A DNA stretch of 64,000 nucleotides from Tubulanus polymorphus (lineage: Eukaryota > Animalia > Nemertea): assembly GCF_964204645.1 (NCBI RefSeq), contig NC_134027.1:3256485-3320484 (forward strand), read 5' to 3'. The notes under the pieces were generated by a model that saw only the letters and a list, made by a program, of their open reading frames with translations, was not told the origin of the DNA and searched no databases. Both the position numbers and the translations under genes were made by a program. Below, piece by piece: positions 42,205-53,148 of the stretch. The stretch's first letter is position 1. Each line of letters opens with the position of its first letter.

Positions 42205-42421
42205 TAAGGCTAAAAAAAATTGATACCTCGTTTCTCCGCTCTGCTGAGCTTAAATGTTGACCCGGCCGGCCGCCTATCTACCCTATACATTACTTTTTTT
42301 TTAAATCGTGATCAATTTTACCATAACAGACCCGGCCACTATAGAAATGAACTGTTTACAAATTTTACAAAAATGACCCGGCCGCTGCGGAGAAACAAGG
42401 TATCATTTTTGTTTAGCCTAA
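42205..42421. mobile_element. MITE copy A (~215 bp, ~30-bp TIRs, TA-flanked)
   Basis: Left TIR AGGCTAAAAAAAATTGATACCTCGTTTCTCCGC; right TIR GCGGAGAAACAAGGTATCATTTTTGTTTAGCCT. A highly similar reverse-complement copy lies at 50017-50242. Confidence 0.9.
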
Positions 42422-42792
42422 CACACGCACATACATATACAATGGATTTCTATAATTGAATAGTATTAGAGCCATGATAATAAACACAAGCTTGCATTAT
42501 ATCGTGTATCGTCTTCAATTGCATTTCAACAAGGGATTAAGTGTTAGATCAGTAGGAATTGATTTAAGCGTACATCAACATGGTTCCTACAGAAGCATCG
42601 ATATGAAATTTGAGGGGTATTTGAGGGGCTTTTGAGGGTATGATCACCAAATTTGAGGGTCATTTTTCACGACGAAAACCTAATTGATACATAAAACAGT
42701 ACCAGTAGAATACTTATCAGCCCAAGCAAAATAAATTTAGGCACCTATGAATAACCTTAAATGAGCTTCGATTCGAAGCTCTTTTTGGTTTA

Positions 42793-42907
42793 CTAGGCCC
42801 CGGTCCCATAATCATCGGACAATATTTGACTCGAAAGTTGTAACCTTGGAAAATGAACTGATTTCAGTCGAATCAAACTTTAAGGAAAGTTATGAAACTG
42901 GGTCTAG
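42793..42907. mobile_element. Small degenerate MITE
   Basis: Ends CTAGGCCCCGGTCCCATAA and TTATGAAACTGGGTCTAG are imperfect inverted repeats, of similar type to the element at 45402-45512. Confidence 0.45.
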
Positions 42908-43872
42908 ATATTGCATGATTATTTGACATTTTTGTCCATCCCGCACAATCCAGTGGAAATCCTTAATCGTTATGTAGGAACAATCGTTGCTGGATACAAC
43001 TTCGTTAGACTCGGTTGAATGTAGAACCGAAAGTGAGACATCTTTTTCATCTAGCACCAATCATGATAAATCAGTCATCTTTCCTGGAAACACAAAATGA
43101 CATCAGAAACGTGGCACCTTTATGCCAATACAACAAACACCAATTGCTTAATTACATTTTCTTTCATTTATACATGTAATTCATTTTTTACAATATCATT
43201 ATTTATAGCATTGAGCACAATGCAGAGCATGTTCTTGCACAATATTACTACATGTATGACGACTAGCGAACAATTTAGATGTGCACATATCATAGCCCTT
43301 GACTGAATTCAAATTTTGATTTTTCCCAATCACATGTACCGGTATTTGACAGATTGAAGACATGAATAATCTACAATGTAGTAGCAGAACTAAAATTTAT
43401 GAAGATAATATGACAATATTCGCATTTATCAAGCAAAGCTATAAACCAAACATTCCTATCATAATCAGAGTACTGTATCCTTTTGTTGAATAACATGCGC
43501 ATAGCTTAAAGATTCAACTGCATCTAAACAACTAGTTTTGCATTCGCCTTGTGGACACAAGAAGATTATCCCCAGACATCCCCAAAATAACCTCCGAAAC
43601 CTAGGTTCATCGAAATCTACTAACTTTGAATTCATAAGACATCATTGTGAAATATATTCACAGTACCGGTAAAAGGCCAAAATGTACAATTTGGAATCCA
43701 AAATGGCTACAAATAAACTTCATGTGGATGTGGTACAACTATAATGTCACTGCTGACTTTATCCATTTGTTTTGTTTTATCATCCGAATCTTTTGGTTTC
43801 CCTAGGCTAACCCTCTTGGATTGTCTTCATCCAGGGGATATAATTTCTGAAATTCTACTATCACAGTTAAAA

Positions 43873-46544
43873 CTAAACACAAGGTTCCCAATCATCCATC
43901 TCATCATCACTGTCTTCAAATTCTTGTTGAAGTTTAGGTATGACAGCTGATCGACATATTCCCCAAAACATCTCGGGTTTAAGCCCCTGCTTTTTATTAA
44001 CGACTGTAAATCTCCATCCCATATGATCAGAACAGTTTTTACACTCAGCTATAGTCCATGCATACCTTAAAAATACCAAGATACATATATTACGTACGTT
44101 ATTACTGAATGCCGTCTTGAAAAAGAAACTCAAGAATTAATTGATACCATACCCAGGAAACCAGGAGTGTTGAGAGCTTGGCCGACCTCGCAAATTCAAT
44201 GCAAATTCTTTGCGCTCACTGCTAACTGTAAACATTTCATGGACATAACCTCCGGGGTTGACGTACGTGCCCATTGGCCCTTGTACAGACATCGTGAAGA
44301 CTTCATTTTTGTTGAATATCATTTCTCCACAATCTCTACAGCACAAAACTGAACACTGGAAGTTTAGATCATTGATTTTGATAGCAGGAACAACAACCAA
44401 TATAGCGTACAATATTATCAGCATGGAAATCCAGTATGTGCACAATAGCAGAAACAAGGAAGATATTTTACCTTTTGCATGATAGCCAATTCACAACGCA
44501 GTCTTTGAACAGCAGAATCAATTGCTAATAGTTTTAATTTCAAATTATCATCCATCATAATATTTCCAGCGACCCAGAATGAAAACTCAACTGCATCAGA
44601 CGGCATTTTATCAGGTTCAAATGTATCACTCCAACTGGAGAATTCATCTTTCATTTTCTTCATCAAGCAATCCTAAAAATATGTCGACATCGTAACTCAT
44701 TATATATCTCACCATGATAAACAGAAAGCAGCAAATAAGAACCGATCTTGGTTTACCACGTCATAATTTTCATAAACCCATGGAGGCCACCATGTAGTGT
44801 ATGCTGCACCAAGTGCTTTTTTCTGTAACGAAAATGAGAATTTCAATCAATACAAAAGATCTTTTCATGCGTTACATAAACAACAAATATGAGAAATACC
44901 TTATGTCTATAGAAAGCGGCATTAAATTGCAGGTCATCAAACTGGACCGGTACAGGCCATACCGGTTCTTTCAATGTACGTTGAGACCGACATCGGGCGC
45001 CTTCCAAAAAATCAGGCAGAGATTTCTCAGCGAGTATCTTGACCTTAGCGAGTAGAGTCCTATAATAATCGAAATATTTACTAGATTAACAATTACCAAA
45101 AGCTCAATGCTGGGTAATGGTAATGAGACGTTCACATGAATAAAGGAAATTTTAATCATATCCAGTTATCCATATGTACGTACCCATCCACTTGGCGCCT
45201 TGTATCTAATATCTGAAATCTTTGCCTACCAGCAGCGATCATCCTTATAGATGAGATTCCAGAACGATCATCATTTTCTTCTTTGATTGACAGTATTTCC
45301 GCCGTTGTGCCGATTTTCGCATGAATTTCATCATACGTCGATTCGTTATAACTGAAAATAATAAGTGACTGTAAAATTGAATAAAAATAGATGTATGAAG
45401 CCAGGGCCAAGTTTCACAAAAAAGTTTAAATCTTAAATCGATTTAATTTCTTCATTAATTCAGTTTATCTTAAATCGATTTATGCCTTAATCCTTTTTGT
45501 GAAACTGGACCCAGAGCTATTGGGGATTAGATTAAGGAATCTTTTGATCTATCCACTTTTTTACCTCAAACAAACCAATCCAAAAGTTTTATCTAGTTCT
45601 AAGATGCGTTTGATCATATTAACAGTGGATTGGGCAAACACATGCAGCGGTAAAGTTTGTCCGGGAATCAGGATAACCCCGGGTAATCCAATAATAGGAA
45701 TAGATTGACACGAGTCATCATCGTGAATCGTTCGGCCGTGTAATTCTTCTAAATCTTCTCCTAAATACTGAAAAATCAAAGAATCAATTATCAGAAAATG
45801 ATTAAACAAATTCGGGAAATATAAAGTCTCGGGCCACTATCGTAGTCTTAAGACTAATTCAAGACCATCTTAGTTCTATAACCTAACAAATTAAGACCAT
45901 TTTTTGATAACGTTTCCACATTTTTTCACGTCAACATACAATAGGCCCAACATAAGCATTGTTACTGATCACAATCTGGACAGAGAATAAAATTCCTTAA
46001 ATTAAACACAATTTGTGCATGATGAATTCAGAGCTCCACGGTTCTACTATATGGCATGAATAGAGTATCAATACGGTATATTTCTAAAGACATTTTTCTA
46101 GAATTTTTAACACATCTTCAAGATTTTCCAAATTTTCCCTGACATCGCTATTCAACGGTGAGGCCCTTGAATTTCAACTTTTTTCACATCAATCTGATAC
46201 TTCTGAAAAATGAGTACCTACTGAATGAGCAACAGGCAATTGAACATTGAATGTCACTTCAGTATGAGATTGTCGTCTTGGTTGACGCAGAGAAGTTCGG
46301 CTAGTTCGCCGTTCCCCTTGACCTAAAGCTATAGTATTCACATGTGCTCCTGGTTCATCTACTTCTTCATCAACTATGAATAATAATCATAAAACTTAAC
46401 TATATACAAATACATGCAGTATTCAAAATAATAAAACTCAGGAATTCAGCCTTTTTGGGTCTTACTGTCTATTTCCAAAACATCTGCCTCTTCAAACTCA
46501 TCAGCAGGTATAAGAGGGAGTTCTTCTTCATCGTCATCAGCCAT
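43873..46544 (-). CDS. CRBN: Cereblon (Lon N-terminal-like domain + CULT/thalidomide-binding domain), ~9 exons
   Basis: Exons 46544-46466 (MADDDEEELPL), 46373-46222 (EVTFNVQLPVAHS), 45767-45565 (YLGEDLEELHGRTIHDD...LIPGQTLPL), 45351-45184 (IGTTAEI...GRQRF), then WPPWVYENYD, FSFWVAGN...SAVQRLRCEL, LCCRDCG...YVNPGGYVHEM...HSWFPG, YAWTIAECKNCSDHMGWRF...FWG. Boundaries are canonical GT-AG. Confidence 0.97.
45402..45512. mobile_element. Hairpin MITE in a CRBN intron
   Basis: CAGGGCCAAGTTTCACAAAAAAG ... CTTTTTGTGAAACTGGACCCAG terminal inverted repeats, with internal TCTTAAATCGATTTA duplicated. Confidence 0.75.
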
Positions 46545-47282
46545 TATTTATTTCATGCAATGTTTTCTTTGCAGCGTGCGGATGCTAGACTGGCTTACAA
46601 CTAGGTTTGACTAAAAAATTACCACTATATTAAACTTAATAAGGCCACTTAATAAAGTGAAAGTACACCAATAAAATTCAATTTAATTCAATACCGTATC
46701 TGATTGTGGTGGCAGCACTATACGGTCGTATAACTCAGCGGCCAAGTGTGGTGATTTATTCCTACCATGAAATTAACCATATTATTAGAAACGAAACCGC
46801 CAAGGCGCGGGAGTAGACTTGTCACAATTGACAGTGAATGAATAGAACCAATGTCAATGCCCGACCCCGGGATCCCTGTACAATAAAAAAAAACCTGTTA
46901 CAGGACAATGGGGTTGGTCGTAGGCCTCAAGTCACAAGCCCAGTCAGGGCCCCCTTTTTGGTTTTTGCAAAAATAACAAAAACAGTAACAAATATAAGTT
47001 TGTCCTTTCGTTTCAAACGATCATTCTGAGAATGATCCAGCGGTTCCATTTTGTTAAAGCTTTGATCATTCGAATTTTCCAAACCTCCCTTATTTTTTCA
47101 AGGCTTCAAACTTTTTTTGCCAGCCTACTACAATCCAAAGATAACAAAACAGTCAAATGGATAATTTGGCACTATTTATTTCCGTAAGTACTCCCAGCAT
47201 TCAAAATGCATAATCATTTAGTAACGGTATCATTTGTATAATATTATAAATATAACCAGGTGATAAAAATTATCTTTAATCT

Positions 47283-48431
47283 TTAATCTGTGACAGGTTC
47301 TAAACCGGCAGCAGTATTTTCTACATGCTGACTCTTTTTCACAATCCAACATTCATTTCTTCTATTCATCAATTTGAAAGGTGGATCATATCCAACGCTG
47401 TAAGTTTGGGGTTTTTCCTCCAAACATTCTTTATCTGCTTCTTCCAGTGAAGCCATCAACTTATCATTTTCTTCAACCCATGCTTGACCGCGAGCGAAAC
47501 CACCAAACCGCCTAAAATAAAAGAATTAAGTGTTAGGCAATGTGTACATGTATAAAACTTTTAGAATCAGAGGCCAAGAAAATTGTACCTGACAAATATA
47601 TCCATTGCAGGTATTTCTTGAATGTATACATCCTCTTCAGTTGGTTGTGGAATTTTACCATCTTCAAACAGTGATTCATTTAGAAAGAAAGATGTAGTGA
47701 ATATGATCTCAGTTTCAGGATCTGTTGACGGACCGAGTAATTCTATATTTATAATCACTGGTATCGTCATGTACAAAGTTTTTTCTGTAAAATAAATCAG
47801 CAAACAATACGAAAGGTTTCGCCCTACTCATTGTGAAATCTTCGGTCTTTTCTAACTCAGGTTCTCGAAGAACTACTCACTTTGATCATTGTTACCCTCA
47901 AGGTATCTGAGACACTTCATGAACCCTTCTGCTGCAGGATTCTTCTTAACAGTTGTTCTAATTGTACTGCTCACCCAAACCATTGGTTCATAATGCCGTT
48001 CTTCATAGTCAGACTACGAACAGATATTTAGATTGATCATTGCTACACTGAAGTACGTATTTTTCAATCCTCTCCCAACATAGTACAAGCTTAATATAAA
48101 TAAAGTTGCCACAAATTTAAGTTTTGTGTGATGAGCGAGTATATAGCCCCTTAGTTAGTTACCAAATCGTTGGTGGTAAGCTTTTTATAATCCGTCGGGC
48201 TTATACAAACTATTACATTGTAGTTAGTTACCTAATCGGATGGGCTTATAATAATATGTGGTTTGTGAAAATATCCGATCGTGAAACAAAGCCACTAACA
48301 GGTTACTGACTGATAGCCCCTTATAATATTATGATACATACGTGTTCCTTTGTTACTGTGTATTTAGGCTGCACAGGAGCTGCTAGGCCATTTGTCTTGA
48401 TAATACCCGAAACAGCTTTCAGAAAATTCAT
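47283..48431 (-). CDS. SOUL heme-binding protein (HEBP2-like), 4 exons
   Basis: Exons 48431-48342 (MNFLKAVSGIIKTNGLAAPVQPKYTVTKEH), ~48013-47881 (DYEERHYEPMVWVSS...GFMKCLRYLEGNNDQ), ~47784-47589 (MTIPV...IPQPTEEDVYIQEIPAMDIFVR), ~47511-47283 (RFGGF...GYDPPFKLMNRRNECW). These are the hallmark SOUL motifs. Confidence 0.93.
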
Positions 48432-48889
48432 CCCAGATCTTCCTTGCACACACCACTTGAAAAATACCAGATTGTCACACAGTAAGGTTAGGAGGGCTTA
48501 TTCGAACTCACTGTGCCACTAGTTCTGATCTGTTGACTGAAAGGCAAAGGTCATTTATTTATTAGCGCATGAGATAACCAAATTGGGTCACGTCTGGCGC
48601 CAGCAGGCCGATACAATAATTTTCTATTCAAAGCATGCACGCAGCAATAGTCTGGATACCAATAATAGCACCGGCCCCCCGGCGTCAACCTCGTCTGGGA
48701 TTTAACGTCTAGGCCTATGGGGCACCTACCGTACCGAACGATAAAACAGCAATGCTGGGGTGGGTAATATTAGTCAGTATCCCATCTGGTCTAGTACCTA
48801 GCCGTTGTTCCTCAGGGAACCCGTAACAACGACTGGTATTCAGACTCTCAGACTATATCCCATCACAAAGGAACGATCAGAATAAAGAT

Positions 48890-49340
48890 TTATGGAATTG
48901 AATTGACTGGTATTCTAACTGTGGCACGCAAGTCATCAAATGTATTACCGCTAGACTGGTTGCCTATCCAATTCCGCGCCATGTGTAGACCGGTAACCAG
49001 TCTTACTCGCATGCCACAAAGAAACCCGTCATGCATGTGCTGCCTCGGGTTGGAGTAATCATTTGAATCAAGACTCAAATGATTACTCCAAGCTCTGTTA
49101 TCGTTGGAGGAATGTACATGAACTAGCCTATTTGCCGCGAATTTAATTTTCGTTTGTGAAAATCCTCTCATTAGGCAATGAAATTCCTCTCTCAACACAA
49201 GCTTGGTTTTCGGCCTTAGGGCATCGCCAAGAATCGACTGGGGTGAAACAGAGTCCCTGATTGTTGTATTTGATATCCAGGTCATTGATTCACCGCAATC
49301 AGAACAAAAATATTTCTTTCGTTTGAAAGATTCATATTTC
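48890..49340 (-). pseudogene. Decayed Merlin/IS1595 (ISXO2-like) transposase relic
   Basis: In frame upstream of the listed ORF is KYFCSDCGESMTW. A shifted frame gives DSWRCPK. This matches the CxxC..M....D..WRC zinc-ribbon start of Merlin transposases. The tail (NDYSNPRQHMHDG...NWI...TFDDL) loosely resembles the ISXO2 C-terminus. Frameshifted, and no intact DDE core seen. Confidence 0.4.
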
Positions 49341-49817
49341 TAAGATTCTGATATCATATGATCATCAACTTGCGTTAGTATTGTTCATTGCGTTTTGAAT
49401 CATCAACCCCCTCAAATGAAGCACTCTTTTGATTTGATGTTTAATCAGTTTTCGCCTACTGAATTACATGAACGTTGATAAATATTTCTCGACTTCCTCC
49501 AAATCCAATTATCAATCATAATAATGAATTAATTAAGAATTCATAAATGTAAACATTCCCGGATTATGAGATCAATATTTGCCTGCAACACTCCATATGT
49601 AACATAAACCTCTCATCCCAAGTGTAGGGGTCTCGTGTAAAATAATCCCTGTGGAAGCTACTCGGACAACATACTCGTTTTAAAATCTGATACGACAAAC
49701 CAACCACATGTGTACTACTATCGTCTAGGTGATCAATATAGGATCAATATATGATCCCATTTCGTGATAACAATATTTTTTTTCTCATGGAAATTATTGT
49801 ACAATGAAACAAAATTA

Positions 49818-50004
49818 AAGGCTGAAAAAATCATACCCCTGTTTCTGTCAATCAGCTAGGTCATTTTGTAAACCACATTTAGTTTACAGCTGTCGGGTCT
49901 GTTAACTTGACCATGATTTTAAAAAAAGTAATGGGCAGGTAGGCGGCCGAACGGGTTTTAAAGCTCACCAGAAATGAGAAACAAGGTAGCACTGTTTTAG
50001 TCTA
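49818..50004. mobile_element. Older, diverged MITE of the same family (copy C)
   Basis: AGGCTGAAAAAATCATACCCCTGTTTCT...GGTCATTTTGTAAA...TAGGCGGCCG...AAGCTCACCAGA...GAGAAACAAGGTAGCACTGTTTTAGTCTAA aligns colinearly with copy B. Confidence 0.7.
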
Positions 50005-50016
50005 ATAGGCCCAATA

Positions 50017-50242
50017 TAAGGCTAAACAAAAATGATACCTTGTTTCTCCGCAGCGGCCGGGTCATTTTTGTAAAATATGATAAAATTTATAAACAGTTCA
50101 TTTCTATAGCGGCCGGGTCTGTTATGGTAAAATTGATCACGATTTCAAAAAAAGTAACGTATAGGGTAGATAGGCGGCCGGCCGGGTCAACATTTAAGCT
50201 CAGCAGAGCGGAGAAACAAGGTATCAATTTTTTTTAGCCTAA
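50017..50242. mobile_element. MITE copy B, inverted relative to copy A
   Basis: Reverse complement of 42205-42421 with the same TIRs and TA flanks. Confidence 0.9.
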
Positions 50243-50626
50243 GACAACTGATTTACCTAATATAGAATTCTGTTGAATAATAGATACGAAGTTTCGTCAT
50301 AACTCAATATCAATGTTTGCTTTCATTTCCCGAGCCATGAAAGCCAACCACACTTCACGGTTCTAAAGACACGCTGCTGGACACTCGGACAACTTAACTC
50401 TAACCAAAACTCAAAATGCTATCCAGCTCCCGGGCATCAGTGGGAATGTTGATGTCCATATTTTTGTATTTCAGAACTGCACCAAAACTTTGCTGTGGTA
50501 AGTAAATAATATTTTGATGAGCGGTCAGGTTTTAGAAATGCCTAACCTTTTAGATAATCTGCACGTTTTATTGTGGTTCCTTCTTGTGGGCAATCTATGA
50601 AGCCTATACTTTTATCTATTTGGCAG

Positions 50627-51279
50627 CGAGTTGTCTTAACGGGTATTATTGGACTGAAATACCCGGTCGTGGAATTGTTGGAAACAATGATAAAATTGTC
50701 AATTATGTAACATTGGCGGAATGTGAACATCTTTGCGAAATCGAAACCAGTTTTCGTTGTGCATCTATAGAAATTCAACCCACTAACCAAATTTGCGCAA
50801 TGACAAAAGAAACCCGATGGACAGTTCCGGCTTCTTATGGAATAGACCAAGAGCCGTGGATTTATGCAGAGATTAGATGTTCAGGTATTCAGCGAAAATA
50901 TGATCATTAGAAATACATATACTATGTATAATGGCACGATGTCTTATCTAGACGAGTAAAAAAAATTTGGGAATTATGTTTTGTCTTTTTAATTCTTTTA
51001 GATAAAAAACGCGTTACGAATCAATGGTATGAGACGATATCACCACAGGTCACACCCGGAAATAAACGATCTCTGATTTCCGTTAGCAAAACCGCATCGA
51101 CACCCGAGTGCGCATTGATGTGCTCTTCAAATGACGCGTGTATTCTTTTCGCTTTCAAAAAACAAACCCCTGAAAACAGCGGTGAATGTTTCTTATACAA
51201 TTCTCATCCTTCTTGTGATCAATGCGGTATTCCGACAACCGCCAGTGAGAACAAGGTTGTTTATTTGATCAGAAATTGA
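50627..51279 (+). CDS. Small protein with two PAN/apple domains; 5' end unresolved
   Basis: Exon to 50884 has TLAECEHLCEIETSFRCASIE...ICAMTKETR. Intron 50885-51001 (GT-AG, phase 1). Exon 51002-51279 has STPECALMCSSNDACILFAF...GECFLY and a stop. The CxxxC..C..C spacing is that of PAN domains. Confidence 0.8.
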
Positions 51280-51552
51280 TTGTCCAGTGCAGTCACCTGT
51301 GACAATTATCTAACCTCTCTTTATTCTTTATCGAGTTATCTATAAAAAAATGTGTATGGCCTACACTGTTCTAGATTTGTAATCGACGAGTAAATATTTG
51401 TTCTCTAGACATACTGAAATGCATAAGAAGTAATATATATGTTTGTAGACACGGTTCTAAATGAAAGAAGAATCATATGGAGTTTAGACGCGAAATATCG
51501 CTAAAAAGTTGAATAACTGTAGGTGTGAAAATACCGATCACTGGTGAAAATA

Positions 51553-51954
51553 ATGAAGAACGTTTATAAGTTTTGGGTGAAGCTTGCGGCCGTTATTGAT
51601 ATCGTGTTCACGATCCTTTTCTTTTGTCTCGGCGTCGCTGAAGAGGCTAAAAGCTGGACGACGTACCATCACTGTATGACCGCTTTTGTAGCAGCCGTGT
51701 TATACCAGGCGTTAACATTCAGTTTGATTTATGGACACCACGATTTGATTCTATCGTTGATTTTTGTGTTGATTCATTTTACCGGTTTGCTGTTAGCGAC
51801 TATCGCACTAGTACTGTGTTGTAACGACATGTCGATGAATCCAGTTTTCCAAAATATTTGGATAGCTGACGTCATACTGCTGATGGCGAATCTCGTTCTC
51901 GGAGGAATGACTGCTTTTAGCTGCGCTTTTCAATTATGTTTGAATATGTGTTGA
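51553..51954 (+). CDS. Small four-transmembrane protein (MARVEL-like topology), single coding exon
   Basis: 133-aa ORF from ATG 51553 with four ~20-aa hydrophobic stretches and short loops. Confidence 0.65.
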   Translation: MKNVYKFWVKLAAVIDIVFTILFFCLGVAEEAKSWTTYHHCMTAFVAAVLYQALTFSLIYGHHDLILSLIFVLIHFTGLLLATIALVLCCNDMSMNPVFQNIWIADVILLMANLVLGGMTAFSCAFQLCLNMC

Positions 51955-52410
51955 GGAGCACCAAATTTATCAATTGCTGATGGATTCGAGAAGCAAAAGA
52001 ATTGTACTAACGCTTTTACAACTTATATAGGCATATCATAAAAAAAACATGCCTTTATTGAACGTCGAACATTACACTTTTTATTTTCAATCATTTAGGC
52101 TAATAGTTGTACATATGTTGAATCGATTCACACCGAGCCCTCAGCTCTTGTAAATACGAAGGCATTTTATTTCATGAAAAAATTATCAGCCCGTACTTTG
52201 AATTGCTACTAATTTTCATAAAACAGCTGTCTTTTTATTTGAAATACAATCGCTATATTGTTTTTCGAGTTGATTAGCGTATATACGTCTTCGATGCGGT
52301 TTAATATTCAAATATCATGTTGCAATTTAGTTGCTACCAGTAAGGTTCATACATAGATATCCCAATTGGCTTACGTTCGTTTCACGGTGCGGTTGGTAAA
52401 CGTTAACAAA

Positions 52411-53022
52411 ATGGATAAATTCGTATTCATAATGCTAATATTGGTAACTGGAGCGAGTAGAAATAATGCTACAACCACGGTAAGATTTTACGACTAAGCG
52501 AAACAAATTTCCACTTCCTTTGATCAGTAAACTGAAAGAACTATATGGTTATTCGATTTCTCTATAATAGTCTATAAACGTGCGCAACTTTTTTACCCAT
52601 TTCTTCAGGCTCAGATCCCTCACTGGAGTACAGTCACTATCCATGGTAATATCACCATAGTACAACCTACTCCTGATGACACTAGCAAGGACGAGGTACT
52701 TCCTGCCGACTCAATGATGGTTATCAAACTTCAAGATATGTCCATCGCTGATATAGGACCCGTAGTATTCCAGCGATACCAAGTTGACGTGAGCTCGCAT
52801 AAGATATCCGTCCCGTTGCCTTATTCGGTGCAGGTCAACAACTTTCCCCACGGACGACCGATGCTATTCGTGTCCTGTGTTATAAATGTTGGCTGGCATC
52901 CCGATCGATTGAAAGGAGAATGGATACGTTCCGGAGATTATTACTCCACATCTTTTCACCAAGTCGATTCTTCACCTAACAGTGAAACGATAACAACAGA
53001 TATCACAGTTCGTAAGATTTAA
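52411..53022 (+). CDS. Secreted protein with YbaY/YscW (pilotin-like) domain, 2 exons
   Basis: Exon 52411-52479 (MDKFVFIMLILVTGASRNNATTT, signal peptide), donor GTAAGA, acceptor ttcttcag at 52608, exon 52609-53022 in frame. The motif IHGNI...LPADSMMVIKLQDMSIAD...PLPYSV...VSCVI resembles bacterial YbaY (VSGTV...LPPDAVLTVTLxDxSLADAP...PFSF). Confidence 0.75.
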
Positions 53023-53148
53023 ATTGATATTTACTGAGACGTTTGTTCATAAATACAGAAGATAATAAATTCATGGATTATCATACCTGTATATATGCGT
53101 GTAATTTCTTGTAGTTGATTCGTAGATGATTTTAAGGTTCTGAGAATT

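Noticed and set aside
42609-42662. TTTGAGGG repeats resembling telomeric sequence
   Set aside because: Only four irregularly spaced copies, and not TTAGGG. More likely subterminal repeats of a decayed DNA transposon.
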